A stretch of DNA of 64,000 nt from Alphaproteobacteria bacterium (GTDB lineage: Bacteria > Pseudomonadota > Alphaproteobacteria > Rs-D84), in the NCBI GenBank assembly GCA_017630405.1, contig JAGBVH010000015.1, forward strand, positions 17,026 to 81,025, read 5' to 3'. Position 1 is the stretch's first letter. Every line of letters starts with the position of its first letter. The translations under genes and the position numbers were made by a program. A model generated the notes under the pieces. That model had not been told where the DNA came from, did no database searches, and worked only from the letters and a program-made list of their open reading frames with translations. Shown here one piece after another: positions 20,068-28,974 of this stretch.

Positions 20068-22487
20068 TAATCCAACGCGCCTTGTTTCTTAAGGTATTCG
20101 TTCACAAAATTATTCCCATACATTTTGTATAATTCTTCTGCCAACAATACAGACGAACGTCCTGATTCAAACAACCGCAATAAATTCCCCAAACCACCTA
20201 ACTCAGTATTCAAAATCACAGACTCGCCCGTCACAGGTCGCGACAATAACAACGCGCGCTTCAAATTAGGATATGCTTTTCCCTGAATAAACGCCATTTC
20301 CAAAGGATTTAAATTCCAATGTTCATAATCACGCGCATCCGCCGCCGGATTACGGAAGAACATAACAGTCTGTGCCTGACCACGCACCACATCACCAATA
20401 CCTAATTTATCCAACACATTGGCACGCTGGAATGCCGCCATATATGCCTGACGATTTTTACGCCCTTCTTGTAATCCCGCAATAAAGTTATCGCGGAACA
20501 TCTTGTTTTCCAACATAGGCGCGGTTTCGTCAATCATAATCAACGAAGGATTACCACCTGCCACCGTCAAAGTGTTAATTCTATGCAGAATATAAGAAAT
20601 AACTGCCGGCGACAAAACCTCGTCCTGTAAAATATCGGTAAAGTCAAATGTTGTCAGCCTTGAATGTAAATCCAGTGTATCGGATTTTTCATTAAACATA
20701 TCACCATACTGTAATGGATCAACCCACTTTTTAAGTGCTGCGCGCATCTGTCCCGCAGACGAGAAGCAACTTTCCCACAAGTTCTTTAACAATCTGTCTT
20801 TGTCACTTAAATAATCAAAATTAACAGATACCGCACGCGCAATTTCATCAGCAGACATCGCATCATTTTGTCCCGAAATAATCGCAAACCAACGGCGTAA
20901 AAACGCACGATTTGCGGCACTATCCGGCATTTTTAAAGGATTAAGGTGTGTCAGGAACGACTGTGCCATTGGGTCTGTATTTTTTTCCTTCCCTTGCATA
21001 GTCACATATTTACCACCAACGGAAAGAGTAAATATTTCCGCACCTTTATTTCTATCAAAGAAAAACGCCTTTAATTTTGGATGACGCAAACTTTGCGCAA
21101 TCAAGAACGAGAACAAAGTTGTCTTACCACCACCGGTTGGACCAATTGTCAAAGTATGAGCCACCGCCGCCGGTTTATCAGAAACATGAAACTGGAACTG
21201 ATAAGGTGTACCTTGTGCGGTTGGAAACACAACCAATGGTCCTGGACCCCAGTCAGAATTTCTTACACCGCGTGGTTGAATTGACATAGGAATACTTACT
21301 GCTGCAGTTTTTGACAGCAATTTAAAACTGCGCGGGAACATATCAAACCCAGGAATCTGGGCAAACCAAGACACCTTGGCTGCAAAAGTTTCAACAATTG
21401 GTGACACGCCAAAACTGGCTGAAATCTTTTTAAATTCATCAATCGATTTTTGTAAATCATGTTCATTTTTACCAAATAAAACAAACAAAGGATAATAATT
21501 AACTAAACTCTGATTACCTGATATATTTTCGTCCATTGCCGACTGCGCAGCATAAATCTGTTCTTCTGTTGAATCTGTCACACCTTCGGCGGTTGTTCTG
21601 CGCTGACGAAGGGTTGTTTCTATATCTGCGGCCCCCATAATATGAAAACCGTTCATACAAATCATTTCGGTCTGTATAGTCGATACAGAATCAAAAAATT
21701 CTTCATCCAAATAATCCGGTGACATTTTAAACGATAACATCGCCGCGAAAGATTCTTCACCACCACTGGTATATTTCACATACCCATTTTCCAAAAACTC
21801 AACCTCATCAACAGTCACCAACTTTGCCAAATTATTATCGGCCCTGTATGGCGCGGGCTTTGAAATTGGGGACAAAATACGTCCAAAGAAACGCGCCATA
21901 TTATCCGTACTGTCATTTTTCAACAATTTTGGTTTATATGGTGCCAATATAGATTCAATATAATTCCCGTATCTATCAAGTTTTTCACGAACATCTGTCC
22001 CTGTCACTGACAAAACAATATAGTAACTATTAAGGAAAATCTTTAACCCTTGGCCCTGCCACTTATCATAAATTCTTTGTAATGTTGGCTGGTCAAACTC
22101 ATAATCCCCAACCTCGGTCGCGGCATCACGCACCATATAAAAACGCAAAACCACCCCAGGGTCCCTAATTTGATTAAATAGTTGAGCGCGCAAATCAAGG
22201 AATTTTTCTTTAGTTGCTTCATCATGCATACTGGTCTGGATACCTGCGACCCTATACACACGCAAAACCCCACCATTTGTCAAAGACATTGAATTATCAT
22301 CATAAACTGTATCAAACGGCAAATAATTCCAGTATTTCAAATACCCAAACTTTGGAAAGATTTTGCGTGTCAAAGTCGGCATATACACAACAAACAGCAA
22401 AAAAATCAATACTGCAACCATCGCCATTACTGTAACAGTAATGGGGAATTGACTACTTCCTGCAAAATAATTAAAAAATCCGTTCAT
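20067..22487 (-). CDS. virB4: Type IV secretion system ATPase VirB4
   Basis: 806 aa. N-terminal TM, a CagE/TrbE/VirB4-type N-domain, Walker A GPTGGGKTT and Walker B LIMIDET. Confidence 0.88.
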   Translation of the reverse strand: MNGFFNYFAGSSQFPITVTVMAMVAVLIFLLFVVYMPTLTRKIFPKFGYLKYWNYLPFDTVYDDNSMSLTNGGVLRVYRVAGIQTSMHDEATKEKFLDLRAQLFNQIRDPGVVLRFYMVRDAATEVGDYEFDQPTLQRIYDKWQGQGLKIFLNSYYIVLSVTGTDVREKLDRYGNYIESILAPYKPKLLKNDSTDNMARFFGRILSPISKPAPYRADNNLAKLVTVDEVEFLENGYVKYTSGGEESFAAMLSFKMSPDYLDEEFFDSVSTIQTEMICMNGFHIMGAADIETTLRQRRTTAEGVTDSTEEQIYAAQSAMDENISGNQSLVNYYPLFVLFGKNEHDLQKSIDEFKKISASFGVSPIVETFAAKVSWFAQIPGFDMFPRSFKLLSKTAAVSIPMSIQPRGVRNSDWGPGPLVVFPTAQGTPYQFQFHVSDKPAAVAHTLTIGPTGGGKTTLFSFLIAQSLRHPKLKAFFFDRNKGAEIFTLSVGGKYVTMQGKEKNTDPMAQSFLTHLNPLKMPDSAANRAFLRRWFAIISGQNDAMSADEIARAVSVNFDYLSDKDRLLKNLWESCFSSAGQMRAALKKWVDPLQYGDMFNEKSDTLDLHSRLTTFDFTDILQDEVLSPAVISYILHRINTLTVAGGNPSLIMIDETAPMLENKMFRDNFIAGLQEGRKNRQAYMAAFQRANVLDKLGIGDVVRGQAQTVMFFRNPAADARDYEHWNLNPLEMAFIQGKAYPNLKRALLLSRPVTGESVILNTELGGLGNLLRLFESGRSSVLLAEELYKMYGNNFVNEYLKKQGALD

Positions 22488-22491
22488 TTTA

Positions 22492-22788
22492 TTACGCCGC
22501 CAGTTTTCTTGGTACTTTCTTTTTAAACAATTGTATTTTTGCCATAATTATCTGTCCCAGTTGCGCATCCTTTTTCGAAAAGAACGCCAAAATACAATGT
22601 ACAACAATAACAGACCCCAAAAACACCAAAGGATCAACTGTCTTGCTTCCCTTGCTGGTAACCATGACAAATACAAAAATCGTTACAAATATCAGGAACT
22701 GAACAATGAAATTAATTATCGCAAGCGTATAAGGCACGTAAAAAATACGCGCTGGATTTGCCAATGCTTTTAATACTTGCTGTCTCAT
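22492..22788 (-). CDS. virB3: Type IV secretion system protein VirB3
   Basis: 98 aa with LKALANPARIFYVPY followed by two hydrophobic helices. It lies 4 nt upstream of virB4. Confidence 0.75.
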   Translation of the reverse strand: MRQQVLKALANPARIFYVPYTLAIINFIVQFLIFVTIFVFVMVTSKGSKTVDPLVFLGSVIVVHCILAFFSKKDAQLGQIIMAKIQLFKKKVPRKLAA

Positions 22789-22807
22789 TCCTCGCCCCTG
22801 TTAATCA

Positions 22808-22836
22808 ATTATAACAATTTCAACAATTTTCAACAA
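22808..22836 (-). promoter_or_regulatory. Candidate virB3-virB4 promoter (TTGTTG-17 nt-TGT-TATAAT) embedded in ATTGTTGAA repeats
   Basis: The minus strand reads TTGTTGAAAATTGTTGAAATTGTTATAAT, ending about 20 nt upstream of the virB3 ATG. The RBS is GGGGCGAGGA. Confidence 0.35.
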
Positions 22837-23012
22837 GCATAAAAAGTTCCACCATAAAATTGTTAAAACTGTTAAAAACATCATTTTTTTCAACTGTTAA
22901 TTTAACAGGTTACTTTTTCAACATTTTAACCAAAACACCGCAGAAATTCTGGATTTTTTTGTTAAAAAACTGTTAACAAAATGTAAAAATCGAATTTTCA
23001 ACAATTTCAACA
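22812..23012. promoter_or_regulatory. Array of two short repeated motifs (TTCAACAAT-type and CTGTTAA-type, including palindromes)
   Basis: CAACAATTT occurs tandemly at about 22814-22836, again at about 22915-22925 and at about 22995-23012. TGTTAA occurs at about 22861, 22870, 22895, 22960 and 22971. Palindromes are CTGTTAATTTAACAG (about 22894-22908) and TGTTAACA (about 22971-22978). Confidence 0.5.
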
Positions 23013-23047
23013 CCCCCAACAAAAACAACAATAAATAATATTATTAT

Positions 23048-23075
23048 TTGATTTTTCAAAAAATGTGTTTATAAT
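23048..23075 (+). promoter_or_regulatory. Candidate rpmJ promoter (TTGATT-16 nt-TATAAT)
   Basis: The hexamers lie about 24 nt upstream of the rpmJ ATG. Confidence 0.4.
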
Positions 23076-23098
23076 CGCACTGTAAAAAGGATAACGAC

Positions 23099-23233
23099 AT
23101 GAAATTTTTAAGTTCATTAAAAGCTTGGAAGAAACGCGGTAATGTAAAACAGATCCGTCGTGGTAAGCAAGTTATCTTAATTGACCCTGATAATCCAAAA
23201 TTCAAAGCGAAACAGGGCTTTAAGAGAAAATAA
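23099..23233 (+). CDS. rpmJ: 50S ribosomal protein L36 (type B, non-zinc form)
   Basis: 44-aa ORF MKFLSSLKAWKKRGNVKQIRRGKQVILIDPDNPKFKAKQGFKRK, below the ORF-track cutoff. It matches the L36 pattern MKV.sSLK....R......VRR.GrvyVI.k.nPrfKarQG. RBS is AAAAGG and a terminator follows. Confidence 0.85.
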   Translation: MKFLSSLKAWKKRGNVKQIRRGKQVILIDPDNPKFKAKQGFKRK

Positions 23234-23259
23234 AATTCCGCCGCTTGGCGGTTTTTTTT
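23234..23259. terminator. Bidirectional terminator (rpmJ / sufD-like)
   Basis: AAAATTCCGCC-GCTT-GGCGGTTTTTTTT. Confidence 0.6.
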
Positions 23260-23276
23260 ATTACTCTATGTTATTT

Positions 23277-23945
23277 TTATTCGTTCAGAAACGCTTCTTT
23301 GATAACTGTATCGACTTCGGCACCGGACAGTCCTGCACTTCTAAGATATGTAATTTGTGCATCGGTTGCGCGATATATACTTGCGCTGTGGTCTGCGGCG
23401 ATTGGTTCGGCGCTGATGCGTTGTGCAGGCATAAATTCGATTTTGGCTCCTTGGTCACTAATGGCGGCAAAACTGATATCTGATTTACAATCGATACAAC
23501 CTTTGTCGATAACAGCGGTACCTGTTAATTTAGATTTTGAATTTTTTTCGGCCAGCAATTTATTTTTTATCAAAACAGTCGTGTTTTTACACATATGATG
23601 TGCGGAGCACTCGTATTCTAAATCGCTGCTATTATCCATTAAAACCACGCCATTAATTTCAGAATCTTTTCCGGTGTTTTTAATAAAAACGTTCAAAAAA
23701 GCCGGTGTTTTGTTTTTTATATTCGCACTTAAAACCACCTTTTGATTTTCTGAGGATACATCTATATCCAACCGACATTTACCGGCAATTTCGCCAACAT
23801 ATATGATATGAACCGGTAAATCATATTTTTTATCAATAGGCCCATTTGGCAGTGTGGATAATTCTTCGCAATACACACCATCGCGGAAAACGATAGTTTC
23901 CGCGGGAAAAGTTTTTATGTTGAATTCGTTCCACATGTATGACAT
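23277..23945 (-). CDS. Stand-alone SufB/SufD-family (beta-helix) protein
   Basis: The C-terminus ...IAADHSASIYRATDAQITYLRSAGLSGAEVDTVIKEAFLNE matches the SufB/D C-terminal signature (H.a..g..d..q.fYL.SRGl....A...i...F). Start set at MSYMWNEF (222 aa). Confidence 0.5.
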   Translation of the reverse strand: MSYMWNEFNIKTFPAETIVFRDGVYCEELSTLPNGPIDKKYDLPVHIIYVGEIAGKCRLDIDVSSENQKVVLSANIKNKTPAFLNVFIKNTGKDSEINGVVLMDNSSDLEYECSAHHMCKNTTVLIKNKLLAEKNSKSKLTGTAVIDKGCIDCKSDISFAAISDQGAKIEFMPAQRISAEPIAADHSASIYRATDAQITYLRSAGLSGAEVDTVIKEAFLNE

Positions 23946-23972
23946 ATTATGGCCATTATAAAGGATTTTATT

Positions 23973-25052
23973 ATGGGATTCAATTGTGGAATTGTTGGAT
24001 TGCCAAATGTTGGTAAATCTACATTGTTTAATGCTTTGACACAAAGTGCGGCTGCGGATGCGCAAAATTATCCATTCTGCACAATCGAACCAAACACAGG
24101 TCGTGTTGTTGTTCCTGATTCAACGCTACATGAATTAGCGCGTACGGCGGGCTCTCAAAAGATTATACCAACACAACTTGAAATTGTTGATATTGCGGGC
24201 TTGGTCAAGGGGGCATCTGCTGGCGAAGGACTGGGGAATAAGTTTCTTGGCAATATTTTATCAACAGACGCGATTATCCATGTTGTGCGCTGCTTTGAAA
24301 ATGATGATATTGTCCATGTAAACGGCCGCATAGATCCATTGGCTGATATTGAAACAATCGAAACAGAATTAATGCTGGCAGATCTTGAAAGTGTTGAAAA
24401 ACAGATTAAGAATCTTGAAAAAAAGGCACGCGGTCTGGATAAAGAAGCGGCTAAATTATTGGCGGATGCAAATGTAATTAAAAAGAATCTTGAAAGTTCG
24501 ATTCCGGCACGCCTTGGTGAAGTTGATGCATCTCCATTTAATTTGCTGACAAATAAACCTGTTATCTATGTGTGTAATGTAGAAGAAGCATCTGCAGCAA
24601 CCGGTAATAAATACTCGGATATGGTGCGTGAAAAATTTGGCGCAACAAATCCTGTATTGGTTATTTCTTCTAAAATAGAAATGGAAATTTCTCAAATTGT
24701 TGATCTGGACGAACGCAAAATGTTTTTAGATGACCTGGGCCTTACCGAATCCGGCCTTGATCAGGTTATTAAAACCGGTTATCAAACATTGGGGCTCCAA
24801 ACTTATTATACTATCGGACCTAAGGAAGCACACGCTTGGACAATTACTACTGGTATGACCGCTCCTCAGGCTGCCGGTAAAATCCATACTGATTTTGAAA
24901 AAGGATTTATTCGTGCCGAAGTGATAAGCCCGGATGACTTTATCGCACTTGGTGGCGAAGTTGCAGTCAAAGAAGCCGGCAAAATGCGCCTTGTTGGTCG
25001 TGATTATGTCATGCAAAACGGCGACATTTGCCACTTCTTGTTTAATAATTAG
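23973..25052 (+). CDS. ychF: Ribosome-binding ATPase YchF
   Basis: MGFNCGIVGLPNVGKSTLFNALT and the C-terminal ...AWTI..GMTAPQAAGKIHTDFEKGFIRAEV. Start set at the ninth codon of the track ORF. Confidence 0.92.
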   Translation: MGFNCGIVGLPNVGKSTLFNALTQSAAADAQNYPFCTIEPNTGRVVVPDSTLHELARTAGSQKIIPTQLEIVDIAGLVKGASAGEGLGNKFLGNILSTDAIIHVVRCFENDDIVHVNGRIDPLADIETIETELMLADLESVEKQIKNLEKKARGLDKEAAKLLADANVIKKNLESSIPARLGEVDASPFNLLTNKPVIYVCNVEEASAATGNKYSDMVREKFGATNPVLVISSKIEMEISQIVDLDERKMFLDDLGLTESGLDQVIKTGYQTLGLQTYYTIGPKEAHAWTITTGMTAPQAAGKIHTDFEKGFIRAEVISPDDFIALGGEVAVKEAGKMRLVGRDYVMQNGDICHFLFNN

Positions 25053-25071
25053 AAAATAAAATTGTTAAAAA

Positions 25072-25120
25072 TTTACCGGCCTTTTTGATAAAAATGTTCA
25101 AAAAAGCCGGTAATTTTATT
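25072..25120. terminator. Long-loop hairpin terminator between ychF and dnaG
   Basis: TTACCGGC...(25-nt loop)...GCCGGTAA followed by TTTTATTT. Confidence 0.4.
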
Positions 25121-25122
25121 TA

Positions 25123-26733
25123 TTAAATAGTAATTAAAATCTCTAATTTTTCTTGATACTTTACGATATCCTCATCGATACGCGCAATTTCATCGCGTGC
25201 ACCTGTGTCGCCCGCCAATAACTGTGTGGTCAGTTCGCGTTTTTGCGCGTTAAGTTTTTCCAAATGTCTTTGTAATTTTAATGAAACGATATATTTTTCA
25301 GCCGCTGCAACATCAAGATTTAAATCCGCCGCTACCCCGTCAAAATCAATATTCAGTGTGCCCAGAAAATCCAGATATCGTTCACCAAGTTCTGGGAAAG
25401 TATTGATGATATAAATCAAAGTGCTTTTTGTAATATTATCGATATCAGGCAACTTTATTTTAACTGCGTTATTTGTTTTCTTCCATTTATGCCAAGAATC
25501 AAATTTTCGTTTATCATATTCTTTTTCAAATTCCGATTTCAAATCAGAATCGACAATTTTTTCAATTTGTTTTTTAAGGAATTTTTCCGCCTGACTGCGT
25601 CCACCTGGTGTAGAAACAACAAAATTTGTATTTGCCAGATTCCACAAAAATTCAACCAAAGGTGTTGCTTCATCTATAATCTTGCGCATAGCATCTGCGC
25701 CAAAGGTTTTGATAATTTCATCTGGATCTTTACCACCAGTCACAAAAGCAAATTTAATATCGGATGTATCACGCAAAAATGGCATAACTATATCACACGC
25801 GCGGGCTGCGGCCTTTTGGCCAGCACTGTCACCATCGAAACAAAAAGTTATATTACGATTTGATTTACACAGCAGTGCAATATGATCTTCGGTCAGCGCA
25901 GTTCCCAATGGTGCAACTGTTTCACCAAATCCATTACATTGCATCTTGATTGCGTCAATTTGTCCTTCGACCACAATACTACGATTGGCGCGGTGTATTG
26001 CATCGCGCGCAAAATTAAATCCGAAAACAGTCTTGCGTTTATGGAATATATCCGTATCGGTTGTGTTAATATATTTAGGTTCACTGCCGTCCAGACTGCG
26101 ACCAGAAAAAGCCACAATATTACCGCGTGCATTAAATATAGGAAACATTAATTTGTCGCGGAAAAAGTCATACATGCCATAATCGCCACGCCGACAAAGA
26201 CCGGATGAAATCAAGAATTTTGAATCAGCAAATTTATTCGCAATTAAATTATTTTTTGGTGCATATCCGATACGATATTTTTTTATCATATCATCTGTAA
26301 AACCGCGTCTGCGCACATATTCAAGGGCTTGCGCGCCTTCTGGTGTAAAAAGTTTCTCGCTATATGACGATGCTGCGCGTTCACATATATCAAATAATGC
26401 TTCTTCTTGTTTTACAATATCAGGATTGCGTGGTTTATATTCTGGCATTTTTACACCAGCCAAATTCGCCAATTCTTGGATTGCTTCTTTGAAATCCATA
26501 TTATTGGTTTTCATAGTGAACGAAATAATATCGCCATGTTCGCCACAACCAAAACAATGGTAAAATCCCTTTTCTTCATTAACTGAAAAACTTGGTGTTT
26601 TTTCATTATGAAACGGACAACAGCCCCAGTAATTTTGTCCTTTTCGTGTCAAAGGAACGCGACGACCAACCACATCCACCACCGACAGGCGTGCACGCAG
26701 TTCATCGGTAAAATTACGGTCCAGTCCAGCCAT
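25123..26733 (-). CDS. dnaG: DNA primase
   Basis: Zn ribbon CPFHNEKTPSFSV...YHCFGCGEHGD, followed by a Toprim region (VVEGQIDA, FDGDSAGQKAA). 536 aa. Confidence 0.9.
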   Translation of the reverse strand: MAGLDRNFTDELRARLSVVDVVGRRVPLTRKGQNYWGCCPFHNEKTPSFSVNEEKGFYHCFGCGEHGDIISFTMKTNNMDFKEAIQELANLAGVKMPEYKPRNPDIVKQEEALFDICERAASSYSEKLFTPEGAQALEYVRRRGFTDDMIKKYRIGYAPKNNLIANKFADSKFLISSGLCRRGDYGMYDFFRDKLMFPIFNARGNIVAFSGRSLDGSEPKYINTTDTDIFHKRKTVFGFNFARDAIHRANRSIVVEGQIDAIKMQCNGFGETVAPLGTALTEDHIALLCKSNRNITFCFDGDSAGQKAAARACDIVMPFLRDTSDIKFAFVTGGKDPDEIIKTFGADAMRKIIDEATPLVEFLWNLANTNFVVSTPGGRSQAEKFLKKQIEKIVDSDLKSEFEKEYDKRKFDSWHKWKKTNNAVKIKLPDIDNITKSTLIYIINTFPELGERYLDFLGTLNIDFDGVAADLNLDVAAAEKYIVSLKLQRHLEKLNAQKRELTTQLLAGDTGARDEIARIDEDIVKYQEKLEILITI

Positions 26734-28970
26734 TAACTCTTCTTTGTTTTATTGTTAATCAGTTTAATTGCAGTTTCTAAATCTGGTTGTTCGCGCACTG
26801 AAACATTTACACGATTAGAAGATATATACGCACCATAACGACCAGTTGGATAATAATATATCATCTTTTTAGTATCCGGATTTTCGCCGATTTTAATAGG
26901 TTCTGCTTTTTTACCTGCGTTTGACAATAATTCACGTGCAATTTCTAAAGTAATAGTCTCGGATGTATATTGTTTAGCAGCAACATTTTTTGCGCCATCT
27001 GTCACATATGGCCCAAATTTACCAACGCGAAATTCAATTCCATCACCTAATTCTACTGTGTCAGATTTCTTCTCTACGCTAGATTCTGTGGTTTGTACCG
27101 ATTTTTCATTTTTGCCAAGTTGTTTTGTGTAACTACAATTTGGATAATTAGCGCAACCAATAAAAGGCCCAAACTTGGATAACTTTATCCCAAGTTTATT
27201 GCCACATTCTGGACAAACATCATTACCATCTGCGAACAAATGATTGTGCATAAATGTATTAATTTCATCAATAATATCACTGGTTTTAATACCGCGTGCA
27301 CCATCAATCATACCGCTGGTTGGTCCCCAGAAGTTTTCCAATGCTTTAATTTTCTTCTGTTTACCGTTTGAAACATCATCCAATGTATCTTCTGTCTTGG
27401 CGGTAAAGTTCACATCAACCAAATCAGTAAAATATTTATTCAGATATGATGCGATTACCCAACCACCGCTTGTTGGATGAAAGCGTCTCTGTTTATCTTG
27501 TTCAACATATTCTCGGTCAACAATAGTGGACATAATTGTTGCATATGTCGAAGGACGACCAATACCTAATTCTTCCAGTTTTTTAACCAAAGATGCTTCT
27601 GTATATCTTGGTGGTGCCTGTGTAAAATGCTGTTCAGGAATCAATTCAGAAATCATAATTTTATCACCAATATTCATAGGTGGTAATTTAGTTTCTTTCT
27701 TGTCATCCTCGTCATCTTTATCTTCGGTATAAACCTTCATAAACCCATCAAAAACGCGTGTAGAACCGACTGCATGAAATACTGCCACATGATTATCTGT
27801 TTCAATATCTGCCGCCACAGAATCGAATTCAGCATTACACATCTGACAAGCGATTGTACGCTTCCAAATCAAATCGTATAATTTAGCCTCGTCACCGGAA
27901 AGATTTTTCGCAGGTGCTTCAAAATGTGTTGGACGAATTGCTTCGTGTGCTTCCTGTGCATTTTTAGATTTAGTTGCATACACATTAGGTGCACTTGGCA
28001 AGAATTTATCGCCATATTCACGCGCAATAAATCCACGAATTTCATTAACTGCATCCGCGTTAAGGTTTGTTGCGTCCGTACGCATATATGTAATCAAACC
28101 TTGTTCATACAATTTCTGTGCCGCGCTCATAGTGCGTTTAGACGCAAAGTATAATTTACGCGCCGCTTCCTGTTGCAGGGTCGAAGTTGTAAATGGTGCG
28201 GCTGGTTTTCGCATAGTTTTTTTCTTGTCTATGTTAATAACCGCGGCAGAAATTTCAGGATTACCAATCCTGGACAAAATATCATCAACCATTGTTTTAT
28301 CGCCAATGGTCATCTTTTCGATTTTTTCACCATTAAATTTATTAAGATTTGCTTTGAATTCGGAATCTTGAACTTTACACACAGATTCCACAGACCAATA
28401 TTCAACTGGCTTAAAATCTTCTATTTCTTTTTCTCGGTCAACCACTAATTTAACCGCCACAGATTGAACGCGGCCGGCGGATTTGCCCAGATTTCTGCGC
28501 CACAGCAAAGGCGATATACCAAATCCAATCAAATAATCCAGCGCGCGACGAACCAGATATGCATCAACTAAATTCTGGTCAATTTCGCGTGGGTTTTCAA
28601 TTGCCGCCTGAACTGCTTTCTTAGTAATTTCATGGAAAGCAACACGATAAACTGTTTTGTCTTTAAGCAGTTTTTTGTTCTTTAAAATATCTAACAAATG
28701 CCAAGCTATGGCCTCACCTTCGCGGTCAGGGTCGCTTGCCAGATATACAGCATCTGCTTTTTTTAGTTCATCTGTTATCAGTTTAATTTGTTTTTCTTTA
28801 CCTGGCATAATCTGCCATTTCATTTTGAAATTATTTTCTGTATCCACACTGCCATTTTCTGGAACCAAATCACGCACATGACCAACAGATGCGATAACGC
28901 GCCACCCTGCACCCAGGTATTTTTCAATAGTCTTTGCTTTGGATGGTGATTCCACAATTAATAAATTCAT
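26733..28970 (-). CDS. topA: DNA topoisomerase I
   Basis: MNLLIVESPSKAKTIEKYLG, active-site region GLITYMRTD, and C-terminal Zn ribbons (CPECG, GCANYPNC). Start set at 28970 so that it does not overlap rodA. Confidence 0.92.
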   Translation of the reverse strand: MNLLIVESPSKAKTIEKYLGAGWRVIASVGHVRDLVPENGSVDTENNFKMKWQIMPGKEKQIKLITDELKKADAVYLASDPDREGEAIAWHLLDILKNKKLLKDKTVYRVAFHEITKKAVQAAIENPREIDQNLVDAYLVRRALDYLIGFGISPLLWRRNLGKSAGRVQSVAVKLVVDREKEIEDFKPVEYWSVESVCKVQDSEFKANLNKFNGEKIEKMTIGDKTMVDDILSRIGNPEISAAVINIDKKKTMRKPAAPFTTSTLQQEAARKLYFASKRTMSAAQKLYEQGLITYMRTDATNLNADAVNEIRGFIAREYGDKFLPSAPNVYATKSKNAQEAHEAIRPTHFEAPAKNLSGDEAKLYDLIWKRTIACQMCNAEFDSVAADIETDNHVAVFHAVGSTRVFDGFMKVYTEDKDDEDDKKETKLPPMNIGDKIMISELIPEQHFTQAPPRYTEASLVKKLEELGIGRPSTYATIMSTIVDREYVEQDKQRRFHPTSGGWVIASYLNKYFTDLVDVNFTAKTEDTLDDVSNGKQKKIKALENFWGPTSGMIDGARGIKTSDIIDEINTFMHNHLFADGNDVCPECGNKLGIKLSKFGPFIGCANYPNCSYTKQLGKNEKSVQTTESSVEKKSDTVELGDGIEFRVGKFGPYVTDGAKNVAAKQYTSETITLEIARELLSNAGKKAEPIKIGENPDTKKMIYYYPTGRYGAYISSNRVNVSVREQPDLETAIKLINNKTKKS

Positions 28971-28974
28971 ACCT

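Noticed and set aside
22789-23098. The repeat-rich AT-rich intergenic region might be a replication origin or a CtrA-controlled site.
   Set aside because: No DnaA-box-like TTATCCACA/TGATCCACA sequence is present. The TTAA pairs are spaced 2, 5 or 8 nt apart rather than the TTAA-N7-TTAA of CtrA boxes. No dnaA or dnaN is nearby. A promoter/operator role explains it better.
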